Positions 9,828 through 18,836 are shown, counted from the stretch's first letter. The stretch is 64,000 nt of DNA from Minisyncoccia bacterium (GCA_038251535.1 JBBSBF010000002.1:2220-66219); one strand, 5' to 3'. Program-made: numbers and translations. The notes: a model not told the origin generated them from the letters alone.

Positions 9828-10010
9828 ATGAAACCAATTCAATTTCTCAAAGAAACACGCGGAGAACTCAAGCATGTCATCTGGCCAACACGACCTCGTG
9901 CGGTCATGTACGCTGCGATTATTATCGTTTTTTCCTTGGCGCTTGGGTACGGACTTGGAGCATTTGATCAACTATTTCGCTTCATACTTAAAACAGTAAT
10001 TATCAAATAA
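9828..10010 (+). CDS. secE: Preprotein translocase subunit SecE
   Basis: [15 protein letters not shown] motif, single TM, upstream of nusG. Confidence 0.93.
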   Translation: MKPIQFLKETRGELKHVIWPTRPRAVMYAAIIIVFSLALGYGLGAFDQLFRFILKTVIIK

Positions 10011-10011
10011 T

Positions 10012-10560
10012 ATGTCAAAACAAGAACACTCAGGAGTGCGTCACTGGTACGCTATTCACACTTATTCTGGATATGAAAACGCAGTATTGCGTAATCTCAG
10101 ACAACGTATCGAAAGTCTCGGTATGCAAGAAAAAATATACAACGTTGTTGTACCGATCGAAAAGAAAATCAAAATCAAAGGAGGAAAGCGAGTTGAGGTA
10201 GAAGAGAAGGTATACCCAGGGTACGTACTCGTCGACATGATTGTTGACGATGATTCATGGTTCGTCGTACGCAACACTCCACGAGTTACTGGATTTGTCG
10301 GCGCAGGAGTTACTCCAGTTCCACTAACACAAAAAGAGATTGATTACCTCATTGGCCGAATGGATGATGATACAGTGGCTCAACACACGATCGATCTCGA
10401 AGTAGGAGAGACGATCATTATCAACGATGGACCGTTCAAAGAGCTTGAAGGAAAAGTTTCAGAGGTCGATTCAGAACGCGGCAAGGTCAAAGTGCTCGTT
10501 TCTCTTTTTGGTCGTGAGACCCCAGTCGAGCTCGATTTCCTCCAGGTGAAAAAACTATAG
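10012..10560 (+). CDS. nusG: Transcription termination/antitermination factor NusG
   Basis: [30 protein letters not shown] domain. Confidence 0.98.
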   Translation: MSKQEHSGVRHWYAIHTYSGYENAVLRNLRQRIESLGMQEKIYNVVVPIEKKIKIKGGKRVEVEEKVYPGYVLVDMIVDDDSWFVVRNTPRVTGFVGAGVTPVPLTQKEIDYLIGRMDDDTVAQHTIDLEVGETIIINDGPFKELEGKVSEVDSERGKVKVLVSLFGRETPVELDFLQVKKL

Positions 10561-10614
10561 ATACTCTCGTTGACTTTAAAAGACACTTATTGTAGGGTTT
10601 AGAAAAATAACCCC

Positions 10615-10812
10615 ATGGAATTGATCTCAATATTGTACTGTATAGGAGTGGTTACCTTCTTTTTTGTAATATTTTATTTTATAAATAGGTTGGGAAATGA
10701 AAGTATAAAAAAATCACAACAAGCAAAGGTGGTGAATATAAGTAAAATATTACCATTAAAGAAGTTTGCCCAAAATATAAGCGAAAACTGGCAAAAATCC
10801 CTAAAAAACTAA
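10615..10812 (+). CDS. Small AT-rich membrane protein inserted between nusG and rplK
   Basis: 65-aa ORF with N-terminal TM; upstream TTGACT; downstream hairpin terminator. Confidence 0.55.
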   Translation: MELISILYCIGVVTFFFVIFYFINRLGNESIKKSQQAKVVNISKILPLKKFAQNISENWQKSLKN

Positions 10813-10828
10813 ACTGTACCGTTTGAAT

Positions 10829-10858
10829 AAGCCCTGATTACAATTCGGGGTTTTTTAT
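10829..10858 (+). terminator. Intrinsic terminator
   Basis: aagccctga..ttcggggtt hairpin followed by a T run. Confidence 0.6.
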
Positions 10859-10943
10859 TTACAAAAAATTGGTTTCTGCTATAGTATGGCAGTTACGCTA
10901 GTGCTTCTACATTTAGCAGACAAGTCATTTCCTATCATTTTTT

Positions 10944-11369
10944 ATGGCAAAAAACATCACCAAACGAATCAAAGTTCAAGCAATGGGAGGCGCTGCGACC
11001 CCAGCACCACCCCTCGGCCCTGCACTCGGACAAGCAGGTGTCAACATCAGCGACTTCGTGCAGAAGTTCAATGCAGCGACCCAGGACCAAAAGGGAGAGA
11101 AACTAGGAGTTAAAATCGTAGTCTACGAAGATCGTAGTTACGACTTTGTCGTCTCGACCCCTCCCGCAACAGCACTTCTTTTGAAAGCTGCGGGACTTGA
11201 AAAGGGTTCCCAAAAGCCTCGTACGAGTAAGGCAGGCTCAGTGACCAAGGCACAAATACGAGCAATCGCAGAGCGCAAAATGCCGGATTTGAACGCCAAC
11301 GACATTGAGGCCGCGATGAAGATCATCGAAGGATCTGCTCGAAGCGCTGGGATCGAAGTGGTTGGGTAA
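10944..11369 (+). CDS. rplK: 50S ribosomal protein L11
   Basis: [28 protein letters not shown]. Confidence 0.98.
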   Translation: MAKNITKRIKVQAMGGAATPAPPLGPALGQAGVNISDFVQKFNAATQDQKGEKLGVKIVVYEDRSYDFVVSTPPATALLLKAAGLEKGSQKPRTSKAGSVTKAQIRAIAERKMPDLNANDIEAAMKIIEGSARSAGIEVVG

Positions 11370-11403
11370 TCCTTCGAGAAGCTCAGGATAAAATTAATAT
11401 GCA

Positions 11404-11437
11404 AATAAAAGGCCGCTCCAGAAATGGGCGGCTTTTG
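11404..11437. terminator. Bidirectional terminator between rplK and folA-1
   Basis: aaaaggccgctc..gggcggctttt. Confidence 0.7.
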
Positions 11438-11439
11438 AG

Positions 11440-11994
11440 TTATCTTGAATATTTAAATATTCTAAACGGATACAAATTTTTCTCATCTATAGGATGATCT
11501 TGCAAGATTTCTGTTTTCCACATACCGAGATAGGCAGGAGGTGTAAATATCGTATCTCCCGCAAACATAGCACTGACAACAGTTGCGTAAATCTTAGAAA
11601 CATGAAAATTGTCACCAGGGGTAAATGATAGTGCTTGAGTGTAGATATCACCACCACCAATGCAAAATACTTTTTTGCCATGACAAACCTTTTCGCGTTT
11701 GAGTAGTCTATAGATTGCATCCCATGAGCTGCATACAAATGTCATCGCGTTTGTTGGGTTGGGTTGGTATAGGTCATTATTGGTCAGAATAATAACCACT
11801 CTTTCAGGTAATCCTTTAGGAAATGACTCGTATGTTTTTCTTCCCACGATACATACACTTCCAGCACCATTTTGTTTTGTAAGAGTTACAAACCAGTGCA
11901 TATCAGCAGGAAGCCACCATGGTATCTTTCCGTCTATTCCGATAACGAAATTTGTGCCATATCCGACAACAATAGATAAATCTATACGTTCCAT
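11440..11994 (-). CDS. folA: Dihydrofolate reductase, copy 1
   Basis: IG.DGKIPW..PAD, GRKTYES, IGGGDIY, GDTIF. Confidence 0.9.
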   Translation of the reverse strand: MERIDLSIVVGYGTNFVIGIDGKIPWWLPADMHWFVTLTKQNGAGSVCIVGRKTYESFPKGLPERVVIILTNNDLYQPNPTNAMTFVCSSWDAIYRLLKREKVCHGKKVFCIGGGDIYTQALSFTPGDNFHVSKIYATVVSAMFAGDTIFTPPAYLGMWKTEILQDHPIDEKNLYPFRIFKYSR

Positions 11995-12097
11995 AATTTT
12001 TAATTTTCTTTTACATTACTATTTTTGATACTTTTGTCAAATCTGTTTTAAATAAAAAAAGCCGCTCCTCATGGGACGGCTTCTGTGTTGTGTTTCC

Positions 12098-12646
12098 CTA
12101 TGCAGTAAGTAAGTTTTCATATACTTCAACATCAAAATCATGCGAATTACCTTTATCTTTTTCACCACCAGGGACTCTTTTTTTAAAAGGTACCGTCACT
12201 AGGAGTTTATAAATAATTTCATTGTATGAAGGAAAAAATATATCCCCTTCAAATTCACCGTGTACTTTGGTGATATGAAGTTGATCAATAACAATATCTG
12301 GATTATTCAGTGCAAGTGTATATATCTGTGCACCACCAATAATCCAAATGATTTCACCTGATTCCTCTTCTGCTAAATATAAAGCTTGTTCCATAGTGGA
12401 AACATACTTAAAACCTTGCGGCAAACCTTTGGCAAAAGGGTTGTGAGTAATTACAATGTTGGCGCGTCTTGGAAGCGGTTTACCCAAAGATAGTGCTGTA
12501 TTCTTTCCCATAATAACCGGGCAATTAATGGTCTTTGGTTTAAAGTTTAGAAGGAAATCATCAGTAAGATGCCAGTCTGGCATTTGTAAACCGTTTCCCA
12601 TGACATTATTTTTTCCATGGGCAACAATAAGTTTTTTTTTCTTCAT
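12098..12646 (-). CDS. folA: Dihydrofolate reductase, copy 2 (divergent)
   Basis: MG..MPDW..DD, MGKNT..S, PLPRRANIV, IGGAQIY, GDIFFP. Confidence 0.85.
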   Translation of the reverse strand: MKKKKLIVAHGKNNVMGNGLQMPDWHLTDDFLLNFKPKTINCPVIMGKNTALSLGKPLPRRANIVITHNPFAKGLPQGFKYVSTMEQALYLAEEESGEIIWIIGGAQIYTLALNNPDIVIDQLHITKVHGEFEGDIFFPSYNEIIYKLLVTVPFKKRVPGGEKDKGNSHDFDVEVYENLLTA

Positions 12647-12771
12647 ATTTTCTATTTTAAATTTTCTTTTACCTTACTATTTTTATATCTTTTGTCAACT
12701 TTGACTTATGTGTAGAAAAGGATAATGTTCACTCAAATAAACAAAATTTCACAACCAAAATTCTTTGAAAA

Positions 12772-13401
12772 ATGAATAAAAAAAATAAAATTCTAAACAT
12801 CATAGGAACAGATGTTTCTGAAGAAGACCGTATTATTGAAGATCACCAGGAACTTATAAGTGTAATTGATTTTTTTCGAAACGAAGGCAAAAAGATTGTA
12901 TGGACAATGGGTGCATATGATATTAAACATGTTGGACATGATAGATATCTGAGAGAAGGGAAAAGTTATGGCGATATATTGATTGTTGGTCTTGACTCAG
13001 ATGAATATGTAAAAAAAGAAAAAGGTGATAATCGACCAATTGTTCCATATAAAGAAAGAGCGGAACAATTAGCATATTGTCGTCCAGTAAATATCATCAC
13101 TATTCTCAATACAAAAGAAGAAGCTACAAAACTTATGCAGGATATGAAACCTGATGTGGTAGTTCTTTCATTTAGTAGCACTACGGAGGCAATAGAAGTA
13201 TACGAAAACAGAATGAAAGAAAAATACGGCCCATATTGTAAAGAAGTAAAGATTTTGGAGCGACAAGCTGAAACTTCCACAACTGCTCGAATTAGACTTG
13301 TTATCATTGAAGGTTCACAAGAATTTGTCGAAATTGTTAAAGAATGCACCGACAAATTAGCTGTTGCTATTAAAAACTTCTTCACAAAAATCGGAGGTTA
13401 A
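12772..13401 (+). CDS. HIGH-family nucleotidyltransferase (cytidylyl/adenylyltransferase; RfaE-II/TagD/RibL-like)
   Basis: GAYDIKHVGH, GLDSD..V...KG..RP..ER, STT.RI. Confidence 0.85.
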   Translation: MNKKNKILNIIGTDVSEEDRIIEDHQELISVIDFFRNEGKKIVWTMGAYDIKHVGHDRYLREGKSYGDILIVGLDSDEYVKKEKGDNRPIVPYKERAEQLAYCRPVNIITILNTKEEATKLMQDMKPDVVVLSFSSTTEAIEVYENRMKEKYGPYCKEVKILERQAETSTTARIRLVIIEGSQEFVEIVKECTDKLAVAIKNFFTKIGG

Positions 13402-13403
13402 TC

Positions 13404-14258
13404 ATGAAAGAAGCAATTGTGTTATATATGCCGGATTTAAATAAGTCCTATAGGGACTTCTTCAAAAAAAATGGCCGAAAAGTAGATACCATTTTTTTGA
13501 TCAGTGAACAAATAATAGAAAAAATTACTGATCCAGGCTTTGTGTGGCAAATTGAAAAAGATTTACGAGCTCTTAATGCATTGGAAATGTTACGATCTGT
13601 TTCAGTTCAAGATTATGCACATGAGTTTAAAATTCTTACAGAAAATAATCTGAACGGATTTGACCAAGTAATTATTCCTGACGAGGATGAAATTGTAGAA
13701 AATGTATTGAAAGAGTTGTATCCAGGTATTCAACCTGTCAAAGAAAAATGGTTTATCCGATGGGGTAGGAAAACAGTTCTCTCTAAACGCGCCCCAGTAC
13801 CAAGTGCAAGTATTTCTATTGATGTATTCGACAGAGAAGTAATGGACAAAGCATTTGGAATTGCTGAGCATAGTTCGGATTGGTGGAGGCAAGTTGGAGT
13901 AATACTTTTACCCGTAAACGGAGAACCTATTTCAACTTTTAACCATCATTTACCAAACCAAAGATCACCGTATATAAATGGAGATCCAAGAACAAACTTT
14001 AAACCAGGTGAAAGTATAGAGATTTCTACTGCTATTCACGCTGAGGCGTCTGCAATTGCACATGCTGCAAATAAAGGGATTTCTCTAAATGGTGGAAGTA
14101 TTTATGTTTCGACATTTCCATGTCCAAATTGTGCATATCTAATTATCGAATCAGGTATTAAAAAGGTCTATTATTGCGAAGGGTATTCACTTCTCAATGC
14201 AGCTGAACTTTTTACTCAATTCGGAGTTTCGATGATTTTTGTTGATGTTCCAAATTAA
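13404..14258 (+). CDS. dCMP-deaminase-like zinc deaminase with extra N-terminal domain
   Basis: S.DWWRQVG, HAE, PCPNC, GIKKVYY; about 140 extra N-terminal residues. Confidence 0.85.
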   Translation: MKEAIVLYMPDLNKSYRDFFKKNGRKVDTIFLISEQIIEKITDPGFVWQIEKDLRALNALEMLRSVSVQDYAHEFKILTENNLNGFDQVIIPDEDEIVENVLKELYPGIQPVKEKWFIRWGRKTVLSKRAPVPSASISIDVFDREVMDKAFGIAEHSSDWWRQVGVILLPVNGEPISTFNHHLPNQRSPYINGDPRTNFKPGESIEISTAIHAEASAIAHAANKGISLNGGSIYVSTFPCPNCAYLIIESGIKKVYYCEGYSLLNAAELFTQFGVSMIFVDVPN

Positions 14259-14261
14259 AAC

Positions 14262-14291
14262 AAGGCTGTTGAATGTATCAACAGCCTTTTT
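14262..14291. terminator. Bidirectional terminator between deaminase and HIT genes
   Basis: aaggctgttga..tcaacagcctttt. Confidence 0.7.
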
Positions 14292-14293
14292 AT

Positions 14294-14737
14294 TTACTTA
14301 AGAGGAATTCTAACACCTGGTCCATTGGGGTCGGCGGCGATTATGTGCCCATGGAGTCTCTTTACAGTAGCGCCTGTAAAATCAGTATTACCATACCGCA
14401 TCCAATAACCTCCACCTTCAATATTGTATTCCTTATTTATTTCTCCAATAACTTTCTGAAGTTCAACTACTGCTTCAACAGGGAGTTCTTCCAAAACTTC
14501 AGCATATACAGTAGAAATTACCATAAAATGATGAATAGATCCTGGATAGGGATGAGCTGATTTTGTTACAAACCAGTGATTATATTTTTTCAGTATAGGG
14601 TATGGGTGATTTCTACCAATATAATGGGGATCGAAAGGATCGATGCCAGCTTCAATTATTTTTTGAAGCATGGAAACGTACTCCTCTCTTCCTCTCGCAT
14701 TTTTAATATTTACAAAGACTTTTTGATCTTGTTGCAT
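14294..14737 (-). CDS. HIT-family nucleotide hydrolase/transferase
   Basis: HPY....HFMVI, G.TV.RLHGHII (HIT triad with first His changed to Arg). Confidence 0.75.
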   Translation of the reverse strand: MQQDQKVFVNIKNARGREEYVSMLQKIIEAGIDPFDPHYIGRNHPYPILKKYNHWFVTKSAHPYPGSIHHFMVISTVYAEVLEELPVEAVVELQKVIGEINKEYNIEGGGYWMRYGNTDFTGATVKRLHGHIIAADPNGPGVRIPLK

Positions 14738-14825
14738 AAAAGTTAATTTTCATTACTTTGCCATATAATGTAGAAATAAGCAAATAAAAAGCCCATCTTC
14801 TTTTTAGAGAAAACGGGCTGTAATT

Positions 14826-15758
14826 TTAAACCGTAATATCACCTTTGATCTTCGGGTGAGGATCATAATTCCTAATTTCGACATCTTCGGGTTTAAATTC
14901 AAAGATGTCAGTTATATTAGTATTTAGATGAAGCGTCGGAAGCACTTTCGGTGTACGCTTAAGCTGTAGTTTCATTTGCTCAACATGGTTTTCATATATG
15001 TGAGCACTGGATTCCGTAACGATAAGTCTTCCTGGCTTATACCCAGTAACCTGAGCAAGCATAGATAATAGCAATGCATATTGTGCAATGTTAAACGGAA
15101 CGCCCAAAAAGAAATCTCCGCTTCGCTGATACATTTTCATGCTTAAATAATTTTCATCCGCAGAAACACTACATTGAAAAAATGGATGACATGATCTCAA
15201 TTTTACTTTATCAAGAGCAAGATCTGCTGGATTCCATGCACTGACAAGCATCCCTTTTGAATGCGGTGCACGTTTTATTTCTTCAATCAAGTTTTTGATT
15301 TGATCAATAGAGTACTTTTTATATTCATCAGGTACCCATTCTGTATTTTCGGCATGTCTAGGTACGAATTGAAATACATCCCAATTACGCCATTGTTTGC
15401 CGTATATTGGACCCAAGTTACCATTTCCATCAGCCCATTCGTCCCAAAGTTTTACCTTTTTTTCATTCAACCATTTTACGTTGGTATTGCCAGAAAGCAT
15501 CCAAACAAGTTCAGTCGCGATGGTTTTCATCGGCATGGATTTGGTAGTCATAAGTGGAAAACCTTTTGTAAGGTCAAATTCCATTTGAACGGTGCCAAAA
15601 AATTCATGACCGGGTGTGTTTCTGCCTTTTTTCGGAGGTTGATCCAACAATGGTTGAACCCATCGAAGATATTCATAATCCACATGAAAAGGTGTGTAGT
15701 TTTCTGTATGGTACGGCATAATTCCTGTCCGCCCCCAAGTTTCTAATTGTGTATTCAT
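14826..15758 (-). CDS. thyA: Thymidylate synthase (ThyA-type, divergent)
   Basis: GFPLMTTK, ELVW, WDEWA, LGPIYGKQWR, SCH, YQRSGDFFLGVPFN, HIYENH. Confidence 0.93.
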   Translation of the reverse strand: MNTQLETWGRTGIMPYHTENYTPFHVDYEYLRWVQPLLDQPPKKGRNTPGHEFFGTVQMEFDLTKGFPLMTTKSMPMKTIATELVWMLSGNTNVKWLNEKKVKLWDEWADGNGNLGPIYGKQWRNWDVFQFVPRHAENTEWVPDEYKKYSIDQIKNLIEEIKRAPHSKGMLVSAWNPADLALDKVKLRSCHPFFQCSVSADENYLSMKMYQRSGDFFLGVPFNIAQYALLLSMLAQVTGYKPGRLIVTESSAHIYENHVEQMKLQLKRTPKVLPTLHLNTNITDIFEFKPEDVEIRNYDPHPKIKGDITV

Positions 15759-15825
15759 TTTTTTTAAATTTTCTTAAACACTACGGAATACTGGAGAAAA
15801 GTCAAATTTCTGCTAGACTCTTTCT

Positions 15826-17568
15826 ATGAAAGAGATACTCGAAGATTTGATCAAGGCCGGCTTAAAAGAGCTCTGGGGGATAGTCGACGCTATTTTTGTT
15901 GTCGAAGAGCCAAAGGATTTGGACAATGGGGATTATGCCAGTAATGTGGCGTTGGTGGTTGCCAAGCAGCTCGACAATCCTTCGACAGGCTCAGGACTAG
16001 GGAATCCGAAGGAAATCGCTGAAAGCTTGGCAGCATATTTGAATAAATACAAAAGTGAGGAGATCGAGAGCGTGTCTGTCGCAGGTGCTGGCTTTATCAA
16101 CTTCACACTCAAGCAAGAATATTTTGCAGAAAAAGTAAAAGAAATAATTGAACGAAAAGATGAATGGGGGAAGAGTGATACGTTTGCGGGCAAAAAAATA
16201 TTGGTGGAGCATTCGAGTCCCAATCTCTTCAAGCCATTCCATATTGGGCACTTGATGAACAACACGATAGGGGAATCAATCACGAGACTTGCGCAGTGTT
16301 CGGGAGCAATAGTTACCACGATGACATTTCCATCTGATATCTCGCTTGGAGTTGCAAAGGCGATTTTTATTCTTCTCGAAGAACACACAACCTCCGCTAG
16401 GTCAGACCTAGCGGAAAGCGTAGAAGATCTCGGAAACGCCTATGTAGAGGGAACGAAGCGCTATGATGAAGATGAGAGCACGCATGCAAGAATAAAGGAA
16501 ATAGCCGACAATCTCTATGGCGGAATAGATAGTCCAGAATGGAAACTATTTGAAATGTGTAAGAAACTCAATATTTCTTATTTCGAACACATCGTTCTAA
16601 AACTCGGTTCTCACTTTGATGCATATATTTACGAAAGCGAAGCAGGTGTCGTCGGCAAAGATGTCGTACAGAAAGAAACACCCCGTGTATTTACCCAAAG
16701 CGAAGGAGCGATTGTGTACATCCCTGATGAAAGTCGTAAAGATATCAACACAGCAGTATTTATCAATTCCCAAGGCAATCCTACCTATGAAGCAAAAGAT
16801 ATCGGGCTATTGAAATTGAAATTTGACAGGTACACTCCTCATACTTCTATCTTTGTCACCGACAACCAACAAGTGTCGCATTTCGAAGTGGTCCTCGACG
16901 CAGCACAGAAAATCAATCGTGAGTGGTCAGACAAGAGTCTCCATGTACATCATGGCCGCATGTCGTTTAAAGGGCAAAAGATGTCGTCTCGTCTTGGAGG
17001 AGTACCACTAGTAGATGATGTGCTTGAGACAGTCATACAAGAAGTGAAAATAAAGAATCCTGATATGAGTGTGAGCGACGCAGAAGTGATTGCAATCGCT
17101 GCACTCAAATTTTCAATCCTGCGTGCCTCGGTCGGCAAAGACATCAACTTCGATCCAGATCTCTCATTATCATTTGATGGGGATAGTGGTCCGTATCTGC
17201 AGTACAGTGTCGTGCGTGCACAGTCGGTATTACAGAAATCCCCGAGGCAAGGCCTAGGGATAAGTTCAAGTGTGAGGAAAGACCTCACACCAGTCGTTGT
17301 AGATAATAATTGGGAGACGACGACACTTGAAAAAGTACTGATTCATTTCCCCGAGATTGTCCAACGTTCGATCAATGAGTGGGCACCACATTATGTTGTT
17401 GGATATCTCCTCGACCTCGCCCAAAGCTTCAATAGTTGGTATGCCACTACCAAGATCCTTGATGACACTGACGCTTCTAACTACAAACTTGCACTCACTG
17501 CTGCCTTTGCACAAACGATGCACAATGGTCTCCATTTGCTTGGGATTGAAGTTCCGGAAAAGATGTAG
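15826..17568 (+). CDS. argS: Arginine--tRNA ligase
   Basis: GDYASN, SSPN..KPFHIGH, KMSSR, GPYLQY, DALR anticodon domain. Confidence 0.97.
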   Translation: MKEILEDLIKAGLKELWGIVDAIFVVEEPKDLDNGDYASNVALVVAKQLDNPSTGSGLGNPKEIAESLAAYLNKYKSEEIESVSVAGAGFINFTLKQEYFAEKVKEIIERKDEWGKSDTFAGKKILVEHSSPNLFKPFHIGHLMNNTIGESITRLAQCSGAIVTTMTFPSDISLGVAKAIFILLEEHTTSARSDLAESVEDLGNAYVEGTKRYDEDESTHARIKEIADNLYGGIDSPEWKLFEMCKKLNISYFEHIVLKLGSHFDAYIYESEAGVVGKDVVQKETPRVFTQSEGAIVYIPDESRKDINTAVFINSQGNPTYEAKDIGLLKLKFDRYTPHTSIFVTDNQQVSHFEVVLDAAQKINREWSDKSLHVHHGRMSFKGQKMSSRLGGVPLVDDVLETVIQEVKIKNPDMSVSDAEVIAIAALKFSILRASVGKDINFDPDLSLSFDGDSGPYLQYSVVRAQSVLQKSPRQGLGISSSVRKDLTPVVVDNNWETTTLEKVLIHFPEIVQRSINEWAPHYVVGYLLDLAQSFNSWYATTKILDDTDASNYKLALTAAFAQTMHNGLHLLGIEVPEKM

Positions 17569-17639
17569 GGTGACAAGATTTTGAAAGAAAGGGGTTGATT
17601 CATTTGCGGCTTTTTTTATTTCCTGTACGATAGACCAAT

Positions 17640-18116
17640 ATGATTCACGATACAGAAGAACGATCACTTATCATCATTAAGCCCGATGCGATCCAGCGTA
17701 ATTTGGTTGGAGAGATTATTACACGTTTTGAACGAAAGGGGCTCAAGATTATCGGTATGAAAATGATGCACCTGAAAGACGCACTTGTTGAGGAACACTA
17801 TGCGCATATCAAAGATAAGCCGTTTTTTCCTCGTATAAAGCGCTTTATGATGTCGAGTCCAGTCGTGGTGATGGCTGTGGCAGGACTCAAGGCGATTGAT
17901 AGTATACGTATTATTGTTGGGCCAACAAAAGGATTTGAAGCTGCAGCAGGTACACTCCGTGGAGATCTGTCGTTGTCGATGCAGTCAAATGTTGTGCACG
18001 CATCTGATTCATTAGAGAACGGTAAAGCGGAGATCAAACGGTTTTTTGAGGAGGATGAGATTGTTGAATACGATAAAGTTGATACGAAGTTTATTTTTTC
18101 AGACGACTTGATGTAA
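17640..18116 (+). CDS. ndk: Nucleoside-diphosphate kinase
   Basis: IKPDA, GTLRGD, NVVHASDS. Confidence 0.97.
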   Translation: MIHDTEERSLIIIKPDAIQRNLVGEIITRFERKGLKIIGMKMMHLKDALVEEHYAHIKDKPFFPRIKRFMMSSPVVVMAVAGLKAIDSIRIIVGPTKGFEAAAGTLRGDLSLSMQSNVVHASDSLENGKAEIKRFFEEDEIVEYDKVDTKFIFSDDLM

Positions 18117-18173
18117 AGAAGATGTATTGTGCCGTCTAGTTGTACTCAACCTCACTTTTTTACCCTGTCTATC

Positions 18174-18201
18174 TTGAATTGCTCAATAAGAGAACTATAA
18201 T
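18174..18201 (+). promoter_or_regulatory. sigma70 promoter of the candidate ncRNA
   Basis: TTGAAT-N16-TATAAT. Confidence 0.65.
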
Positions 18202-18205
18202 AGAG

Positions 18206-18364
18206 GTACGGCTATTTAAAAATAGTACCTAGAATGGAATCTTTTGGGAAACCGTTGTGGGCAACTCGACATGTTGGTTTATTTTTACATTTACTACCGT
18301 ATTGTTTTGTCCCGCGTGTCCCACCTGGCTTAACGCTATGGTACTATTTTCTAAATAGCCGTAA
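18206..18364 (+). ncRNA. ssrS: Candidate 6S RNA (rod with central bubble)
   Basis: Ends pair (tacggctattt..aaaatagtacc / ggtactatttt..aaatagccgta), two-sided bubble, inner stems; own promoter and terminator. Confidence 0.65.
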
Positions 18365-18395
18365 GAGAGGTCCCTCACTGAGGGGCTTTTCTCTT
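18363..18395 (+). terminator. Intrinsic terminator
   Basis: gtccctc-act-gaggggc followed by tttt. Confidence 0.7.
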
Positions 18396-18434
18396 GTCAA
18401 CTTTTTATTTCTATACTTTGTGCGATACTAAGAC

Positions 18435-18836
18435 ATGTACAAAAAACTCATCAAATGGGCAGGAGTCACCGTCATACTGATGTTTATATTGCATACTTTG
18501 GCAAATACGTTTTATTGGTATACGAGTATATTTGGTTTTGATAAAGTCATGCATACGCTTGGCGGCATATTTCTCGCGTTGCTTGCCGGGGCGTTGTTGA
18601 ACGCTAAAAGAATGCCCGACCATACGAGACATCTATTTGTCACCTTGCTTCTCTTTGTATTTATCGTCGGTCTCGCGTGGGAATATTATGAATATCTCGT
18701 GCAATACATATTCAAAAGTATTCATCTTGCTGATGTTCCTGATTCTATCGGAGACCTTATCTTTGATATGGTGGGGGGAATCATCGGCTCTTATTTTGTT
18801 ATTCTGATAAAGAGACGGTACAATAAGGACTTATGA
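18435..18836 (+). CDS. Membrane protein (VanZ/DUF2238-like)
   Basis: 4 TM; DKVMH, WEYYE, D..GDL. Confidence 0.7.
   Translation: MYKKLIKWAGVTVILMFILHTLANTFYWYTSIFGFDKVMHTLGGIFLALLAGALLNAKRMPDHTRHLFVTLLLFVFIVGLAWEYYEYLVQYIFKSIHLADVPDSIGDLIFDMVGGIIGSYFVILIKRRYNKDL

Noticed and set aside
11400-15810. Prophage or integron
   Set aside because: No integrase, structural genes, attC-like sites or flanking direct repeats recognised
18234-18431. 65-aa ORF
   Set aside because: Overlaps the rod-shaped RNA candidate and its terminator; no protein features
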